From an uncultured Chloroflexota bacterium (GTDB taxonomy: Bacteria; Chloroflexota; Chloroflexia; Chloroflexales; Roseiflexaceae), in contig CALLZL010000290.1 of assembly GCA_937859575.1 (NCBI GenBank), positions 1 through 44,358 on the forward strand: a stretch of 44,358 nt of DNA, given 5' to 3'. How positions within the stretch are numbered: position 1 is the stretch's first letter; every line of letters starts with the position of its first letter. The notes under the pieces are model-generated. The model searched no databases. It saw nothing but the letters and a program-made list of their open reading frames with translations, and was not told where the DNA came from. The position numbers and the translations under genes were made by a program. Positions 1-10,034 of the stretch are shown here, piece by piece.

Positions 1-1
1 T

Positions 2-1432
2 GAACGTGTCGAAAGCCTGGGCGGTGCCACATTTGCGGTGCATGAGCCGGCGACAGAGGAGGAGATCGGGCGGGCGCCGCAGGGTACCGCTGAAGATGCA
101 CGGCGGGCGATCGCAGCAGCAACCGCCGCCTGGCGCGGCTGGCGCAGCACTACGGCGCACGACAAGGCACACATGCTGCATGAGGTGGCGCACAAGATCC
201 GCGAGCGCACCGAAGAGCTGGCAACATTGATGACACGCGAAGGCGGTAAGCCGCTTGTCGAGAACCGCGATGAACTCGGCTGGTGCGCCGCCTGCTTCGA
301 TTATTATGCCGAACTGCAGCGCAACTCGCGCGGTCGCGTCATCCCTTCGGTTGAGCCGTCGCAGCTGGCAATGGTACTCAAAGAGCCGTATGGTGTTGTG
401 GCATGTATTGTGCCCTGGAACTACCCCATCCTGTTGATGTCGTGGAAAGTTGCCCCGGCATTGGCCGCCGGCAATACCGTGATCGTCAAGCCAAGCGAGA
501 TGACCCCGCTCACCACGCTGCTCTTCGCCGAGATCTTCGATCATCTGCCGCCCGGCGTGGTTAATATCGTCACCGGGTACGGCCCTGAAGTTGGCCGTGA
601 GCTGGTGGTGAATCCCGGCACACAGCTGATCGCCTTCACCGGCTCGTTTGCCACCGGCCGCAACATTGCACGCCTGGCAGCCGAACGGGTCAAGAAGACC
701 CATCTGGAGCTGGGCGGTAAGGATGCTTTTATTGTTGCCGAAGATGCCGACCTCGATGTGGCGGTACCCGGCGTGGCATGGGCCGCGCTCCTCAACAGCG
801 GCCAGGTCTGCACCAGTACCGAGCGGGTGTATGTTCACGAAAGTATTCTCAAGCCCTTTACCGAGCGCATGGTCGAGTTTGTGCGAACCCTGCGCCTCGG
901 GCCGGGGATCGAGCCGACCACCGATGTCGGCCCGTTGATCGGCGATCGCTACCGCGCCAAAGTCGAGGCGCATGTTGCCGAAGCGCGGGCACATGGCGCA
1001 CAGATTCTCACCGGTGGCCGCCGCCCACCACATATCGAACGTGGTTTCTTCTACGAACCGACGGTGCTCACCGGGGTCGATAACTCCTTTACGATTATGC
1101 GCGAAGAGACTTTTGGGCCGACGATACCGATCATGGCGTATCGTGATTTTGATCATGCGATCGACCTGGTGAACGATTGCGACTATGGCCTGGGTGCCAA
1201 TCTGTACACCAACGATCCGCGTAAGGTGAAACAGTACTACGAAGAGGTAAAAGCCGGTACATGCTGGGTCAACGACCCGCTGACCGACAATGATGCAGGG
1301 CCGTTTGGCGGTATGAAGTTCTCGGGCGGCGCACGCGAGCTTGGCGAAGAAGGACTCGAAGCCTTCCTCGAAACCAAACATGTCCATTGGGATCTCGCGA
1401 TGGAACGGAAGAGTTGGTGGTTCCCATACTAA
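2..1432 (+). CDS. NAD(P)+-dependent aldehyde dehydrogenase (5' end cut by window edge)
   Basis: The frame is open from base 2 (ERVESLGGATFAVHEP...) upstream of the listed GTG at 38. ALDH hallmarks: VPWNYP, LELGGKD, GQVCTSTERVYV (catalytic Cys region), EETFGP. Stop TAA at 1430-1432. Confidence 0.9.
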   Translation, partial: ERVESLGGATFAVHEPATEEEIGRAPQGTAEDARRAIAAATAAWRGWRSTTAHDKAHMLHEVAHKIRERTEELATLMTREGGKPLVENRDELGWCAACFDYYAELQRNSRGRVIPSVEPSQLAMVLKEPYGVVACIVPWNYPILLMSWKVAPALAAGNTVIVKPSEMTPLTTLLFAEIFDHLPPGVVNIVTGYGPEVGRELVVNPGTQLIAFTGSFATGRNIARLAAERVKKTHLELGGKDAFIVAEDADLDVAVPGVAWAALLNSGQVCTSTERVYVHESILKPFTERMVEFVRTLRLGPGIEPTTDVGPLIGDRYRAKVEAHVAEARAHGAQILTGGRRPPHIERGFFYEPTVLTGVDNSFTIMREETFGPTIPIMAYRDFDHAIDLVNDCDYGLGANLYTNDPRKVKQYYEEVKAGTCWVNDPLTDNDAGPFGGMKFSGGARELGEEGLEAFLETKHVHWDLAMERKSWWFPY

Positions 1433-1533
1433 CAGCGGCCCGGTATTAAACCCATGGCGTGTGCAGTCGCCGCGATGCAGCATCCCCCTTTGCCTCGCTG
1501 AATGCGGCACAATATAGCAGGGCACGAGCTTCT

Positions 1534-3051
1534 TTAATCCGCCAGGAAGCTGATCAATCGCCCAAGCGCATCATACAACGCGGCCGGATCCGACGATGAG
1601 TTATTCCAGATCGGGCCGCCGTTGTTGGTGAAGACACGGCTTTCCCCCGGAGCCAGGCTGCCGCTGATCCCCGGGTGGCGCTGGCCGCCCGTGATGCTGC
1701 ATACCACCCAGCCATTCAGATCCACCGGTATCGCCCCTGCATTACGCAGCGTGACGGTTTCGGCGACTTTGTCGACCGCCATAATTTGCACTGGCCAGTT
1801 CGGCACAACCGTAACATCCGGCATCGTGCTGCAGCTGCTGAACGAAGGCGGCGGTGGTGTCGGTGTCGGTGTCGCACCAACCACAGCGGTTGGTGTTGCG
1901 GCAGGGCTCTGATTGTTCTGAGGTGAACGCAGCCATGGCAGAAAGAGTTGCGTATCAGCGGCAGACGCATCTTCCAGATTACACCCAAAGGCCGCCGCAG
2001 AGATCGGTGCCTTCAGGCGCTCGAAATCGGCAGCATAGGCAGCGGCAATCGCAGGATCGTGCACAATGATCGTGTTTTCATCGTTGCTTGCCACACCACT
2101 GGCGCTCCAGTTGGTCGAACCGGTGATCACCAGCGGATCGCTGGTTGTGGCAGCATCGACAATCGCGTATTTATTGTGCAGCGTACCGGTCCAATCTTCA
2201 ACCCGCAGCCGTATCCCGGCGGCACATAACCGGTCGCGTTCGCCGGCGGCGGCCCCGGCCGCCACCGCATTCAACAACACCTCCACCGCGACACCGCGCT
2301 GGTGGGCAGCGATCAGCGCATCGGCAAGCGGATCGCTGGTGAACGCAAACATGGCAACCTGGATCGACACATCAGCAGTCTGCAGCGCATTCGCAATACG
2401 CGCCTCGACACCATCCGATGGGCTGAAGGCGATCTGAACGCGCCGGCCGGCAACCATTGCTTCATCGGCCGTATTGTTAACCTTGGCAGTCGAGAAGGTA
2501 CCGCCGAACATCTCTTCGAATTCGCTAGTATAGATATCGGCCACCGTCGTCGAGGTGATCACCAGCACATTTTCACCATTCCGCGAGAAGGCAGTATTGG
2601 TAAAATTCGCGCTGCCGGTCCATGTTACGGTGCGATCAAAGATGGCGAACTTATTGTGCTGCAGGCTACTACGCGGATCATCGGTCACAATCGGGATGCC
2701 GACAGCGGCAAGCGCGGCGAAGAAAGGGCCGTTGCCGATACTGGCGACCTGCTGATTATCGCCGACAACCCGTACCGCGACACCGCGCTGATGGGCGGCG
2801 ATCAACGCATCACGGACACTCTCGCGGTTGAGCTCGTAGAGTGCGATATCGATACTACTACTGGCGGCATTGGTAAACGAAGTAAAGAGCGCATCCGCAG
2901 CGGTCGGCACCGTCGAGGTGCTGCCAGTGAGCGAGCCGAAAAAGTGGGCGCTCACTGCCTCGGCGGGGGTCGCCGGCGCTCGGCTCGGCCAGATCAACCA
3001 GATCCCGATGAACACAGCCACAGCACAGAAGAGGATGGCACGTTGTTGCAT
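1534..3051 (-). CDS. Secreted or membrane-anchored phospholipase D/nuclease-family protein with two HKD motifs and a C-terminal lamin-tail-like domain
   Basis: Two HxKxxxxD...GSxN motifs (HNKFAIFD..TGSANFT and HNKYAIVD..TGSTNWS). Hydrophobic N-terminal segment (AILFCAVAVFIGIWLIW). C-terminal VTLRNAGAIPVDLNGWVV...DPAALYDALGRLISF resembles an LTD. Start placed at the second ATG (3051) because a GGAG lies about 8 nt upstream; the ORF-track start at 3093 is also possible. Confidence 0.8.
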   Translation of the reverse strand: MQQRAILFCAVAVFIGIWLIWPSRAPATPAEAVSAHFFGSLTGSTSTVPTAADALFTSFTNAASSSIDIALYELNRESVRDALIAAHQRGVAVRVVGDNQQVASIGNGPFFAALAAVGIPIVTDDPRSSLQHNKFAIFDRTVTWTGSANFTNTAFSRNGENVLVITSTTVADIYTSEFEEMFGGTFSTAKVNNTADEAMVAGRRVQIAFSPSDGVEARIANALQTADVSIQVAMFAFTSDPLADALIAAHQRGVAVEVLLNAVAAGAAAGERDRLCAAGIRLRVEDWTGTLHNKYAIVDAATTSDPLVITGSTNWSASGVASNDENTIIVHDPAIAAAYAADFERLKAPISAAAFGCNLEDASAADTQLFLPWLRSPQNNQSPAATPTAVVGATPTPTPPPPSFSSCSTMPDVTVVPNWPVQIMAVDKVAETVTLRNAGAIPVDLNGWVVCSITGGQRHPGISGSLAPGESRVFTNNGGPIWNNSSSDPAALYDALGRLISFLAD

Positions 3052-3186
3052 GATATTGCTCCGATGTCTGAGTATACCATGGCTTGACCGCATATTGACA
3101 CCGGCAGAACTATTCTTGACACTGCCGGCAACGGCGAGTAGTATGGCGCGCGCAAGGAGCCGCTAGGCAGGAGGCGTACCGCACGA

Positions 3187-4335
3187 ATGCATATCGCAAT
3201 CGACTATACCGCTGCCGTATGGCAGGGGGCCGGTATCGGCCGTTATACCCGTGAGTTGGTGGCGGCGATCGTGGCAAAGGCACCGGATCTGCGTTACACA
3301 TTGTTCTATGCATCTGGTGGGCTCAGCAGCAACAGCCCTTTTGTTGCCGAGTTGCAGCGATTATGCGGCAGCTACCCAACGGTGAAGGCGGTTGGTATTC
3401 CATTGCCGCCCCGGCGGCTGGTTCAACTCTGGCACCGGTTGCGTCTGCCGCTCCCGCTCGAACTCTTTACCGGCCGTATCGATCTGCTGCACCAGCCGGA
3501 TTTCGCACTACCGCCGGCGCGGGCGCGATCCCTTGTGACGGTGCACGATCTTTCGTATATGGTGCATCCCGAATGTGCTGTTCCGGGGGTAGCACGATAC
3601 CTCAACAGTGCCGTGCCACGGAGTATTCGGCGTGCCGAACACATACTGTCCGATTCCCATGCCACCCGCAACGACATGCTGCGTCTGCTGGGCGTGCCCG
3701 GCGAGAAAGTCAGTGTCGTCTACCCTGGTGTATCGCCACGTTTCCGGCCGCTTGCGCCCGAAGCCACTGCTGATGCGCGGCGGCGGCTCGGCCTGCCCGA
3801 GCGCTTATTGCTCTTCGTCGGCACACTCGAACCGCGCAAGAATCTGCCGGGGCTGATCGAAGCCCTGGCAATGCTGCGCGATCGAGGCCGGTTGCCGGAG
3901 GAGATGCCGTTGATCATCGGCGGCAAGCGTGGCTGGATGTACCAGCCGATCTTCGATGCCATCAGCCGCCACCGCATGGAACCGCATGTGCGCCTGATCG
4001 ACTATATCGATGACGCTGACCTGCCGATCGTGTATAATCTGGCCTGGGCGTTCGTCTACCCTTCCATCTACGAGGGTTTCGGCCTGCCGGCACTTGAAGC
4101 GCTGGCCTGCGGCACACCAGTCGTCACCGCCGATAACTCCAGCCTGCCGGAGGTTGTCGGCGATATTGCCCTGCGGGTACCCGCCGATGATGTTGCCGCA
4201 CTTGCCGCCGCACTCGAGCAGGTGATTGGCGACGAAGCATTACGTGCGCGGCTACGGGCCGAGGGGCCGCAACGGGCGGCGCTGTTCACCTGGGAACAGG
4301 CGGCCGAACATGTTCTTGCCCATTACCGGCACTGA
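3187..4335 (+). CDS. GT4-family (GT-B) glycosyltransferase
   Basis: C-terminal GT-B signature region YPSIYEGFGLPALEALACGTPVVTADNSSLPEVVGD. AGGAGG lies about 12 nt upstream of the ATG. Confidence 0.85.
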   Translation: MHIAIDYTAAVWQGAGIGRYTRELVAAIVAKAPDLRYTLFYASGGLSSNSPFVAELQRLCGSYPTVKAVGIPLPPRRLVQLWHRLRLPLPLELFTGRIDLLHQPDFALPPARARSLVTVHDLSYMVHPECAVPGVARYLNSAVPRSIRRAEHILSDSHATRNDMLRLLGVPGEKVSVVYPGVSPRFRPLAPEATADARRRLGLPERLLLFVGTLEPRKNLPGLIEALAMLRDRGRLPEEMPLIIGGKRGWMYQPIFDAISRHRMEPHVRLIDYIDDADLPIVYNLAWAFVYPSIYEGFGLPALEALACGTPVVTADNSSLPEVVGDIALRVPADDVAALAAALEQVIGDEALRARLRAEGPQRAALFTWEQAAEHVLAHYRH

Positions 4336-4377
4336 TGCCACCGCAGAGCGATCTGTACAACCACAGGAGTTCGATCA

Positions 4378-5010
4378 ATGGCGCAGCCGCCGGATCTTTC
4401 GCGTGAGGCGCTCCAAACCGATACCCGTAGCCTGGCGCTGGCGCGCTGGCTTTCGCAGGCCCTCAACCCATTTGTGAGCGGGGTGGCCTGCTATCTTATC
4501 ATTTCGTTGTTTGCCCCGATCGATCTGTTCGCCGGCCTGGGATGGGCGGCGCTTGCGCTTGCCATTCAACTTACCCCATCTATTGCACTCTACACGATCA
4601 GGCGGCGTCAGGGGATCTACAGCGATGCGGATGTGTCGGTGCGCGAAGAACGCAACGAGATCTATGTTGTCGGCAGTATTTCGGTGTTGATCGCAATCGC
4701 AGTGCTGATCGCCGCCGGGGCTCCGGCCCCCTACCTGGCCATGACGATCGGTATCTTTGGGCTCGGCATCATCTGCGGCATTATCAACCTGATCTGGAAG
4801 ATCAGCATGCACTCATCGGCGATCGCCTCGCTGGCGACCGTTGCGCTGATCTATTCGGCGATACTCGGCATCGTGTTCTGGATCTGCGCTCTGGCGGTTG
4901 GTTGGGCACGGATACGAACACGTAACCATACACCGCTCCAGGTTCTCGGCGGCCTTACCGTTGCCGCAGTTGTCATGACGATCTCGTTCAGCCTGGTTGG
5001 CACGGCATAA
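4378..5010 (+). CDS. Multi-pass membrane protein, PAP2-like phosphatase motifs
   Basis: Several hydrophobic helices. KISMHSS and ARIRTRNHTPLQVLGG resemble PAP2 motifs C2/C3 (SxH ; SRxxxxxHxxxD-like). Family assignment by eye only. Confidence 0.55.
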   Translation: MAQPPDLSREALQTDTRSLALARWLSQALNPFVSGVACYLIISLFAPIDLFAGLGWAALALAIQLTPSIALYTIRRRQGIYSDADVSVREERNEIYVVGSISVLIAIAVLIAAGAPAPYLAMTIGIFGLGIICGIINLIWKISMHSSAIASLATVALIYSAILGIVFWICALAVGWARIRTRNHTPLQVLGGLTVAAVVMTISFSLVGTA

Positions 5011-5098
5011 GCAGAACCCCGGCCGAACCACAGAACCGGCAGCAGTTGTTCAGAACAAACGCGCAACACGGAATACACAATACAGAAGGAGCAACCCG

Positions 5099-6145
5099 AT
5101 GGCAAAAGTTCAGATCACACGCGGCAAGTTCGAGCGGCTATCGAACTGTGCCGATGCAGGCGGTATCATCGCCGCGGCAGCGATGGATCAGCGCGGCTCG
5201 CTGCAGAAGACGATCGCCAAAGAGCGAGGGGCGGGCGGTACAGCCGACGCGCAGGATCTGGCGGTCTTCAAGGGCCTGGTGACACGCGTGCTGACGCGGC
5301 ATTCGAGCGCAATCCTGATGGATCCGGAGTACGGCCTTGATGCGATCAAGGAGCGAGCCTCGGGTACCGGTGTGCTGCTGGCGTACGAGAAGACCGGCTA
5401 CGACGTGACGATTAAGGGCCGCCTGCCTGATCTTTTGTCGGAATGGAGTGTGCGCCGCCTGGTGGAAGCAGGTGCCGATGGGATCAAGATCCTGCTCTAC
5501 TATAACCCGGTCGATGACGAAAGCATCAATAGTGTGAAGCATGCCTTCATCGAGCGGATCGGCGCCGAATGTATGGCGGTCGATGTACCGTTCTTCCTTG
5601 AGCCGATCACCTACGACGATGCAATCGGCGATGAGAAAGGGCTGGCATTTGCCAAGAAGAAGCCGGAATATGTGCGTATGGCGATGGAAGAGTTCAGCAA
5701 GCCGCGCTATGGTGTCGACATCCTCAAAGTCGAGATCCCGGTGAATGTCAAATTTGTTGCAGGGATGCAGGCCTTCAGCGGCGGCGAGGCGGCCTATACC
5801 CGTGCCGAGGCAATGCAGGCCTTCCGCGATGCCGCCAGTGTAGCACGTAAGCCGTTCATCTACCTGAGCGCCGGCGTCAGCGACGATGTCTTCCGCGAGA
5901 GCCTCGAACTGGCCGCCGAAGCCGGTACCGCCTTCTCGGGTGTGCTGTGCGGCCGCGCCACCTGGCAGGATGGTATTCCCGTCTATGCTAAAGAAGGGCC
6001 GGAAGCCTTCGAATCGTGGCTGCTCGACCGTGGCGTGCGCAATATCACCCTGCTGAATGAAGTACTTGCCAAGGGGGCAAAGCCGTGGTGGACGATCTAC
6101 GGTGGCCGTGAGAATATCGAGGTTGTCGATCAGGTTATCAGCTAA
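5099..6145 (+). CDS. Class I aldolase of the LacD family (tagatose-1,6-bisphosphate aldolase-like)
   Basis: MAKVQITRGKFERLSNCADAGGIIAAAAMDQRGSL... and DILKVEIP are typical of LacD/GatY-independent class I aldolases. GAAGGAG at 5085-5091 lies 7 nt before ATG 5099. The ORF-track start at 4997 would overlap the preceding gene and adds an Arg/Asn-rich non-homologous leader. Confidence 0.8.
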   Translation: MAKVQITRGKFERLSNCADAGGIIAAAAMDQRGSLQKTIAKERGAGGTADAQDLAVFKGLVTRVLTRHSSAILMDPEYGLDAIKERASGTGVLLAYEKTGYDVTIKGRLPDLLSEWSVRRLVEAGADGIKILLYYNPVDDESINSVKHAFIERIGAECMAVDVPFFLEPITYDDAIGDEKGLAFAKKKPEYVRMAMEEFSKPRYGVDILKVEIPVNVKFVAGMQAFSGGEAAYTRAEAMQAFRDAASVARKPFIYLSAGVSDDVFRESLELAAEAGTAFSGVLCGRATWQDGIPVYAKEGPEAFESWLLDRGVRNITLLNEVLAKGAKPWWTIYGGRENIEVVDQVIS

Positions 6146-6194
6146 ACAGCGTTACTGTAAGCCTACAGCGAAGTGCAATATCGTTGATCGCCGG

Positions 6195-6242
6195 GATCGC
6201 GCGCATCTTGCGCGCATGCGGGCGGGACGCCCGCGCTCCTAG
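6195..6242. repeat. Dispersed REP-like double-hairpin element, copy A
   Basis: GCGCGCA-TCT-TGCGCGC AT GCGGGCG-GGA-CGCCCGC (6199-6234). A reverse-complement copy lies at 16897-16946. Confidence 0.75.
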
Positions 6243-6388
6243 CACACACATACTCAATGGTTCGGCACTTCGCTATAGTACGACAACAAAAGAACGATCA
6301 ACAGCAGCACGCCGGCATCATGCCGGCGTGTCTGCTAAGAAAAGTATTAATATACCATAAGAGAACATCGATCTGTGATCAGACTACA

Positions 6389-6417
6389 TTGCCCGGGGGG
6401 TATCCCTCTGGTATAAT
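6389..6417 (+). promoter_or_regulatory. Sigma70-like promoter candidate upstream of ftsH
   Basis: TTGCCC (6389-6394), 17-nt spacer, TATAAT (6412-6417); about 90 nt before the ftsH ATG. Confidence 0.5.
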
Positions 6418-6506
6418 TCCCAGCAAACGCCAGCTCCTCGTGTCTTCGTTCACCCCGAATGTAACATGACACCGAGGGGCATCGCTCCCGAAAAGAGAAC
6501 TACACT

Positions 6507-8435
6507 ATGGGTGACAATCGCTGGCTCAAGAATAGTTTCGTCTACCTGATCATTCTGGTAGCGGCACTTGCGCTGTTTTTCAACTACTTCAACAATGCGC
6601 AGGGCCAATCCGAAGATCGTGGTATTGCACAGGTCATTGCTGATGCAAAATCGGGGCGTGTCGAGCTGATCGAAGCGCAATCCGGCAGCAATGATGTGAT
6701 TGTGACATACCGCGACTCAAACCAGAAGTATCGATCGCGGCTCGAATCGAACGACACGATCACCTCGTTGCTGGTGAATTCTGGTGTCGATCTGAGTACT
6801 GTGAATGTGAGAGTACAGGCGGCACCCGCGTGGGGCGGCCTGCTGAACGTCTTCACCATCCTGCTGCCGGTGCTGCTGATGATCGGTTTCTTCATCTTCT
6901 TCATGCGGCAGGCCCAGGGCTCGAATAACCAGGCGCTCTCGTTCGGCAAGAGCCGGGCGCGCATGTTCTCGGGCGACAAGCCGACCGTTACATTTGCCGA
7001 TGTGGCGGGTCAGGAAGAGGCCAAGCAGGATCTTACCGAGGTCGTTGAGTTTCTGAAGTTTCCCGACAAGTTTGCCGCCCTCGGTGCCCGCATCCCCCGC
7101 GGCGTGCTGATGGTGGGCCCACCCGGAACCGGTAAGACACTGCTCTCGCGTGCTGTGGCAGGCGAGGCCGGTGTGCCGTTCTTCTCGATCTCTGGTTCGG
7201 AATTCGTCGAGATGTTCGTCGGCGTTGGTGCCAGCCGGGTGCGTGATCTGTTCGACCAGGCCAAGCGCAATGCGCCGTGTATCGTCTTCATCGACGAGAT
7301 CGACGCCGTCGGGCGGCAGCGTGGTGCCGGCCTCGGTGGCTCGCACGACGAGCGCGAGCAGACGTTAAACCAGATCCTGGTTGAGATGGACGGGTTCGAT
7401 ACCAACACCAATGTGATTGTGATTGCCGCCACCAACCGCCCCGATGTGCTCGACCCGGCGTTGATCCGGCCCGGCCGCTTCGATCGCCAGGTGGTGCTTG
7501 ATGCCCCCGACATCAAGGGGCGCATCGAGGTGCTCAAGGTGCACACCAAGGGCAAGCCGGTGGCCGAGGATGTGCAGTACGAAGTGCTGGCGAAACTGAC
7601 ACCCGGTTTTTCGGGTGCGGATCTCGCCAATGCTGTCAATGAAGCGGCTATTCTGGCAGCACGCCGCTCGAAGAAGAAGATCGGTATGTCGGAACTGCAG
7701 GATGCCATCGAACGGGTGGCACTCGGCGGGCCCGAACGCCGCAGTCGTGTCATGACCGAGCGCGAGAAGTTGCTGGTGGCATACCACGAGGCCGGCCATG
7801 CGATTGCCGCTGCCGGTATGCCGAAGGCCTTCCCGGTGCAGAAGGTCACGATCGTGCCGCGTGGCCAGGCTGGTGGGTATACGCTCTACCTGCCCGAAGA
7901 AGAAAACCTGCGCTTTACATCGCGCTCACAGTACGAAGCGCGCCTTGTGTCGGCGCTCGGCGGGCGCGTCGCCGAAGAGATCGTCTTTGGTTACAACGAG
8001 ATCTCAAACGGTGCTTCTTCCGACATCCAGCACGTCACACGGATCGCACGGGCGATGGTCACACGTTATGGCATGAGTTCGAAACTTGGGCCAATCGCCT
8101 TTGGCGAACGCGAGGAGTTGATCTTCCTCGGGCGTGAGATCACCGAACAGCGCAACTATGGCGATGAAGTCGCGCGCGAGATCGACCGCGAAGTCTACCG
8201 GATCGTCGATATCGCCTATGAGCGCACCCGGAAGATCTTGAACGACAATCGCACCGTACTCAACGACATGGCAAGCGCGCTGATCGAGTACGAAAGCCTC
8301 GACGGCGAGCGGTTGCGCGAGTTGCTGCAGCGTGTCGATCTGATTGCGATCGTGCCCGAAGTTCCGGTCAACGGCGTTGCCGCCGAGCCGCCGGCTCCGG
8401 CAACACCGCCGGTGAACCTGCCGAATCCGGCCTGA
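6507..8435 (+). CDS. ftsH: ATP-dependent zinc metalloprotease FtsH
   Basis: N-terminal TM segments, Walker A GPPGTGKT, Walker [12 protein letters not shown] region, zinc motif HEAGHA. Full length 642 aa. Confidence 0.97.
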   Translation: MGDNRWLKNSFVYLIILVAALALFFNYFNNAQGQSEDRGIAQVIADAKSGRVELIEAQSGSNDVIVTYRDSNQKYRSRLESNDTITSLLVNSGVDLSTVNVRVQAAPAWGGLLNVFTILLPVLLMIGFFIFFMRQAQGSNNQALSFGKSRARMFSGDKPTVTFADVAGQEEAKQDLTEVVEFLKFPDKFAALGARIPRGVLMVGPPGTGKTLLSRAVAGEAGVPFFSISGSEFVEMFVGVGASRVRDLFDQAKRNAPCIVFIDEIDAVGRQRGAGLGGSHDEREQTLNQILVEMDGFDTNTNVIVIAATNRPDVLDPALIRPGRFDRQVVLDAPDIKGRIEVLKVHTKGKPVAEDVQYEVLAKLTPGFSGADLANAVNEAAILAARRSKKKIGMSELQDAIERVALGGPERRSRVMTEREKLLVAYHEAGHAIAAAGMPKAFPVQKVTIVPRGQAGGYTLYLPEEENLRFTSRSQYEARLVSALGGRVAEEIVFGYNEISNGASSDIQHVTRIARAMVTRYGMSSKLGPIAFGEREELIFLGREITEQRNYGDEVAREIDREVYRIVDIAYERTRKILNDNRTVLNDMASALIEYESLDGERLRELLQRVDLIAIVPEVPVNGVAAEPPAPATPPVNLPNPA

Positions 8436-8453
8436 TACTTATTGGCTGGCAAG

Positions 8454-8490
8454 AACGCGTGGCGGGTATTCCGCGCCACGCGTTTTTTTA
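8454..8490 (+). terminator. Rho-independent terminator after ftsH
   Basis: Perfect 11-bp stem AACGCGTGGCG (8454-8464) / CGCCACGCGTT (8474-8484) followed by a T7 run. Confidence 0.85.
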
Positions 8491-8566
8491 TTGCCGAGCT
8501 CTGCCTTGCGCGATCACGGCTCGTAGTGCGCCGGCAGGGTTGGCGACGGAAGCAGAAAAATCATTA

Positions 8567-8575
8567 TGCTATAAT
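8567..8575 (+). promoter_or_regulatory. Extended -10 promoter candidate upstream of yebC-family gene
   Basis: TGcTATAAT; no good -35 seen; about 33 nt before ATG 8608. Confidence 0.4.
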
Positions 8576-8607
8576 AGTGCAAAGTAAACCAGTTCCAGGA
8601 GGCTTCT

Positions 8608-9369
8608 ATGTCCGGCCATTCCAAATGGCATTCGATTCGCCGCAGTAAAGGGGTGCTCGACCAGCGTCGCGGCCAACTCTTTACCAAGCTGGCACGCGAT
8701 ATTACGATCGCCACGCGCGCCGGCGGCAGCGGCGATCCGGATGCGAATTTTCGCCTGCGGCTTGCGATCGATAAAGCCAAAGCCAACAACATGCCGGCCG
8801 ACAACATTCAGCGGGCAATCGATCGAGGTGTCGGTAAAGGCAACGAGGCTGATCTTGAAGAGATCTACTACGAGGGGTATGCATCAGGTGGTATTGCGCT
8901 CTTGATCGAAGCGGCCACCGATAACCGCAACCGTACCAATGCCGATGTGCGGGCGGCGATGTCGAAGGGTGGCGGTAGCCCGGGTGAACCCGGATCGGTC
9001 AGCTGGATGTTTGATCTGATGGGTCTGATCACGATTGATCTGGTTGGCCAGGCGCTCGACCCCGATGAACTGATGCTGCAGGCGATCGATGCCGGTGCCG
9101 TCGATGTTGAAATCGGTGAAGATCTGCTCGAAGTCTATACCGATTTCAAGCAACTGGCCGCGATCCGCGAATCCCTGATCAACGCCGGCTTGCCGGTCTC
9201 GGGTGCCGAGAAGATCATGCGCGCCAAGACACAGGTGCAGGCCGAGAGTGCCGAAGCCCTCAGGGCGCTGCGGCTCATGGAACGGCTTGAGGAGCTCGAT
9301 GATGTGCAGAAGGTGTATAGCAATCTCGAATTGACCGATGAGCTTGCCGAGCAGTTTGCCAACGCCTGA
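8608..9369 (+). CDS. yebC: YebC/PmpR-family transcriptional regulator
   Basis: [32 protein letters not shown]... is the canonical family N-terminus. AGGAGG RBS. Followed by ruvC as in many bacteria. Confidence 0.95.
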   Translation: MSGHSKWHSIRRSKGVLDQRRGQLFTKLARDITIATRAGGSGDPDANFRLRLAIDKAKANNMPADNIQRAIDRGVGKGNEADLEEIYYEGYASGGIALLIEAATDNRNRTNADVRAAMSKGGGSPGEPGSVSWMFDLMGLITIDLVGQALDPDELMLQAIDAGAVDVEIGEDLLEVYTDFKQLAAIRESLINAGLPVSGAEKIMRAKTQVQAESAEALRALRLMERLEELDDVQKVYSNLELTDELAEQFANA

Positions 9370-9380
9370 GCCGGAGCGCT

Positions 9381-9881
9381 ATGCGTACACTTGGGATCGA
9401 TCCGGGAACCGCAATTATGGGTTGGGGTGTGGTTGATGAACAGGGCGGCAACCTCAGCCTTGGTGGCTTTGGTGCCCTGCGTACCCCTGCAGGCATGGCG
9501 GCCTCCGAGCGCCTGCTCTTGCTCTACGACGAACTGCGCACACTGCTCGCCACCTACCTACCGGCGGCTGTCGCCGTCGAAGAGCTCTTCTTCGGCAAGA
9601 ATGTCACGACGGCGATACATGTCGGCCAGGCACGTGGTGTTGCACTCCTCGCAATAGCCCAGGCCGGCGTGCCGGTGTTCGAATACAAACCGGTCGTCGT
9701 CAAACAGGCGGTTGCCGGATACGGCGGTGCCGACAAAAAGCAGATGCAAGAGATGGTTCGCATGACGTTGGGCCTGGATCACGCCCCACGCCCCGATGAT
9801 GCTGCCGACGCAGTGGCGGTTGCGATCTGCCATGCGTATAGTGCGCCGATGCTGCGCCGGATCGCCGGTAGCCAACAATAA
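9381..9881 (+). CDS. ruvC: Crossover junction endodeoxyribonuclease RuvC
   Basis: MRTLGIDPGTAIMGWGVV (catalytic Asp), AVEELFF, RPDDAADAVAVAICH. Size 166 aa. Confidence 0.95.
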   Translation: MRTLGIDPGTAIMGWGVVDEQGGNLSLGGFGALRTPAGMAASERLLLLYDELRTLLATYLPAAVAVEELFFGKNVTTAIHVGQARGVALLAIAQAGVPVFEYKPVVVKQAVAGYGGADKKQMQEMVRMTLGLDHAPRPDDAADAVAVAICHAYSAPMLRRIAGSQQ

Positions 9882-9992
9882 GCGGAGAGTTCATGCAGAG
9901 TCGTTGGGGTTGGCGAAGCGCTGTCGTGCCGGGGAGTCGGCTTTGCACAAGCATTGCAATATTCCGGGCATGCAGCAACACTGTCGGTTCTC

Positions 9993-10001
9993 TGCTATAA
10001 T
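9993..10001 (+). promoter_or_regulatory. Extended -10 promoter candidate upstream of the short DarA-like gene
   Basis: TGcTATAAT; the 11-mer TGCTATAATAG is identical to the one at 8567-8577. Confidence 0.4.
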
Positions 10002-10034
10002 AGACGCCATGAACCGAGTTGTGAAGGAACGCCC

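Noticed and set aside
4997-5098. Long N-terminal extensions offered by the ORF track for the aldolase (4997), darA-like (9954), FTCD-like (15960), alaS (17053), pdxS (31452), SCP2 (33909), ACAD (34587) and isomerase (41781) genes
   Set aside because: In each case an internal ATG with a Shine-Dalgarno-like motif coincides with the conserved family N-terminus. The extension also overlaps the upstream gene or is compositionally aberrant.
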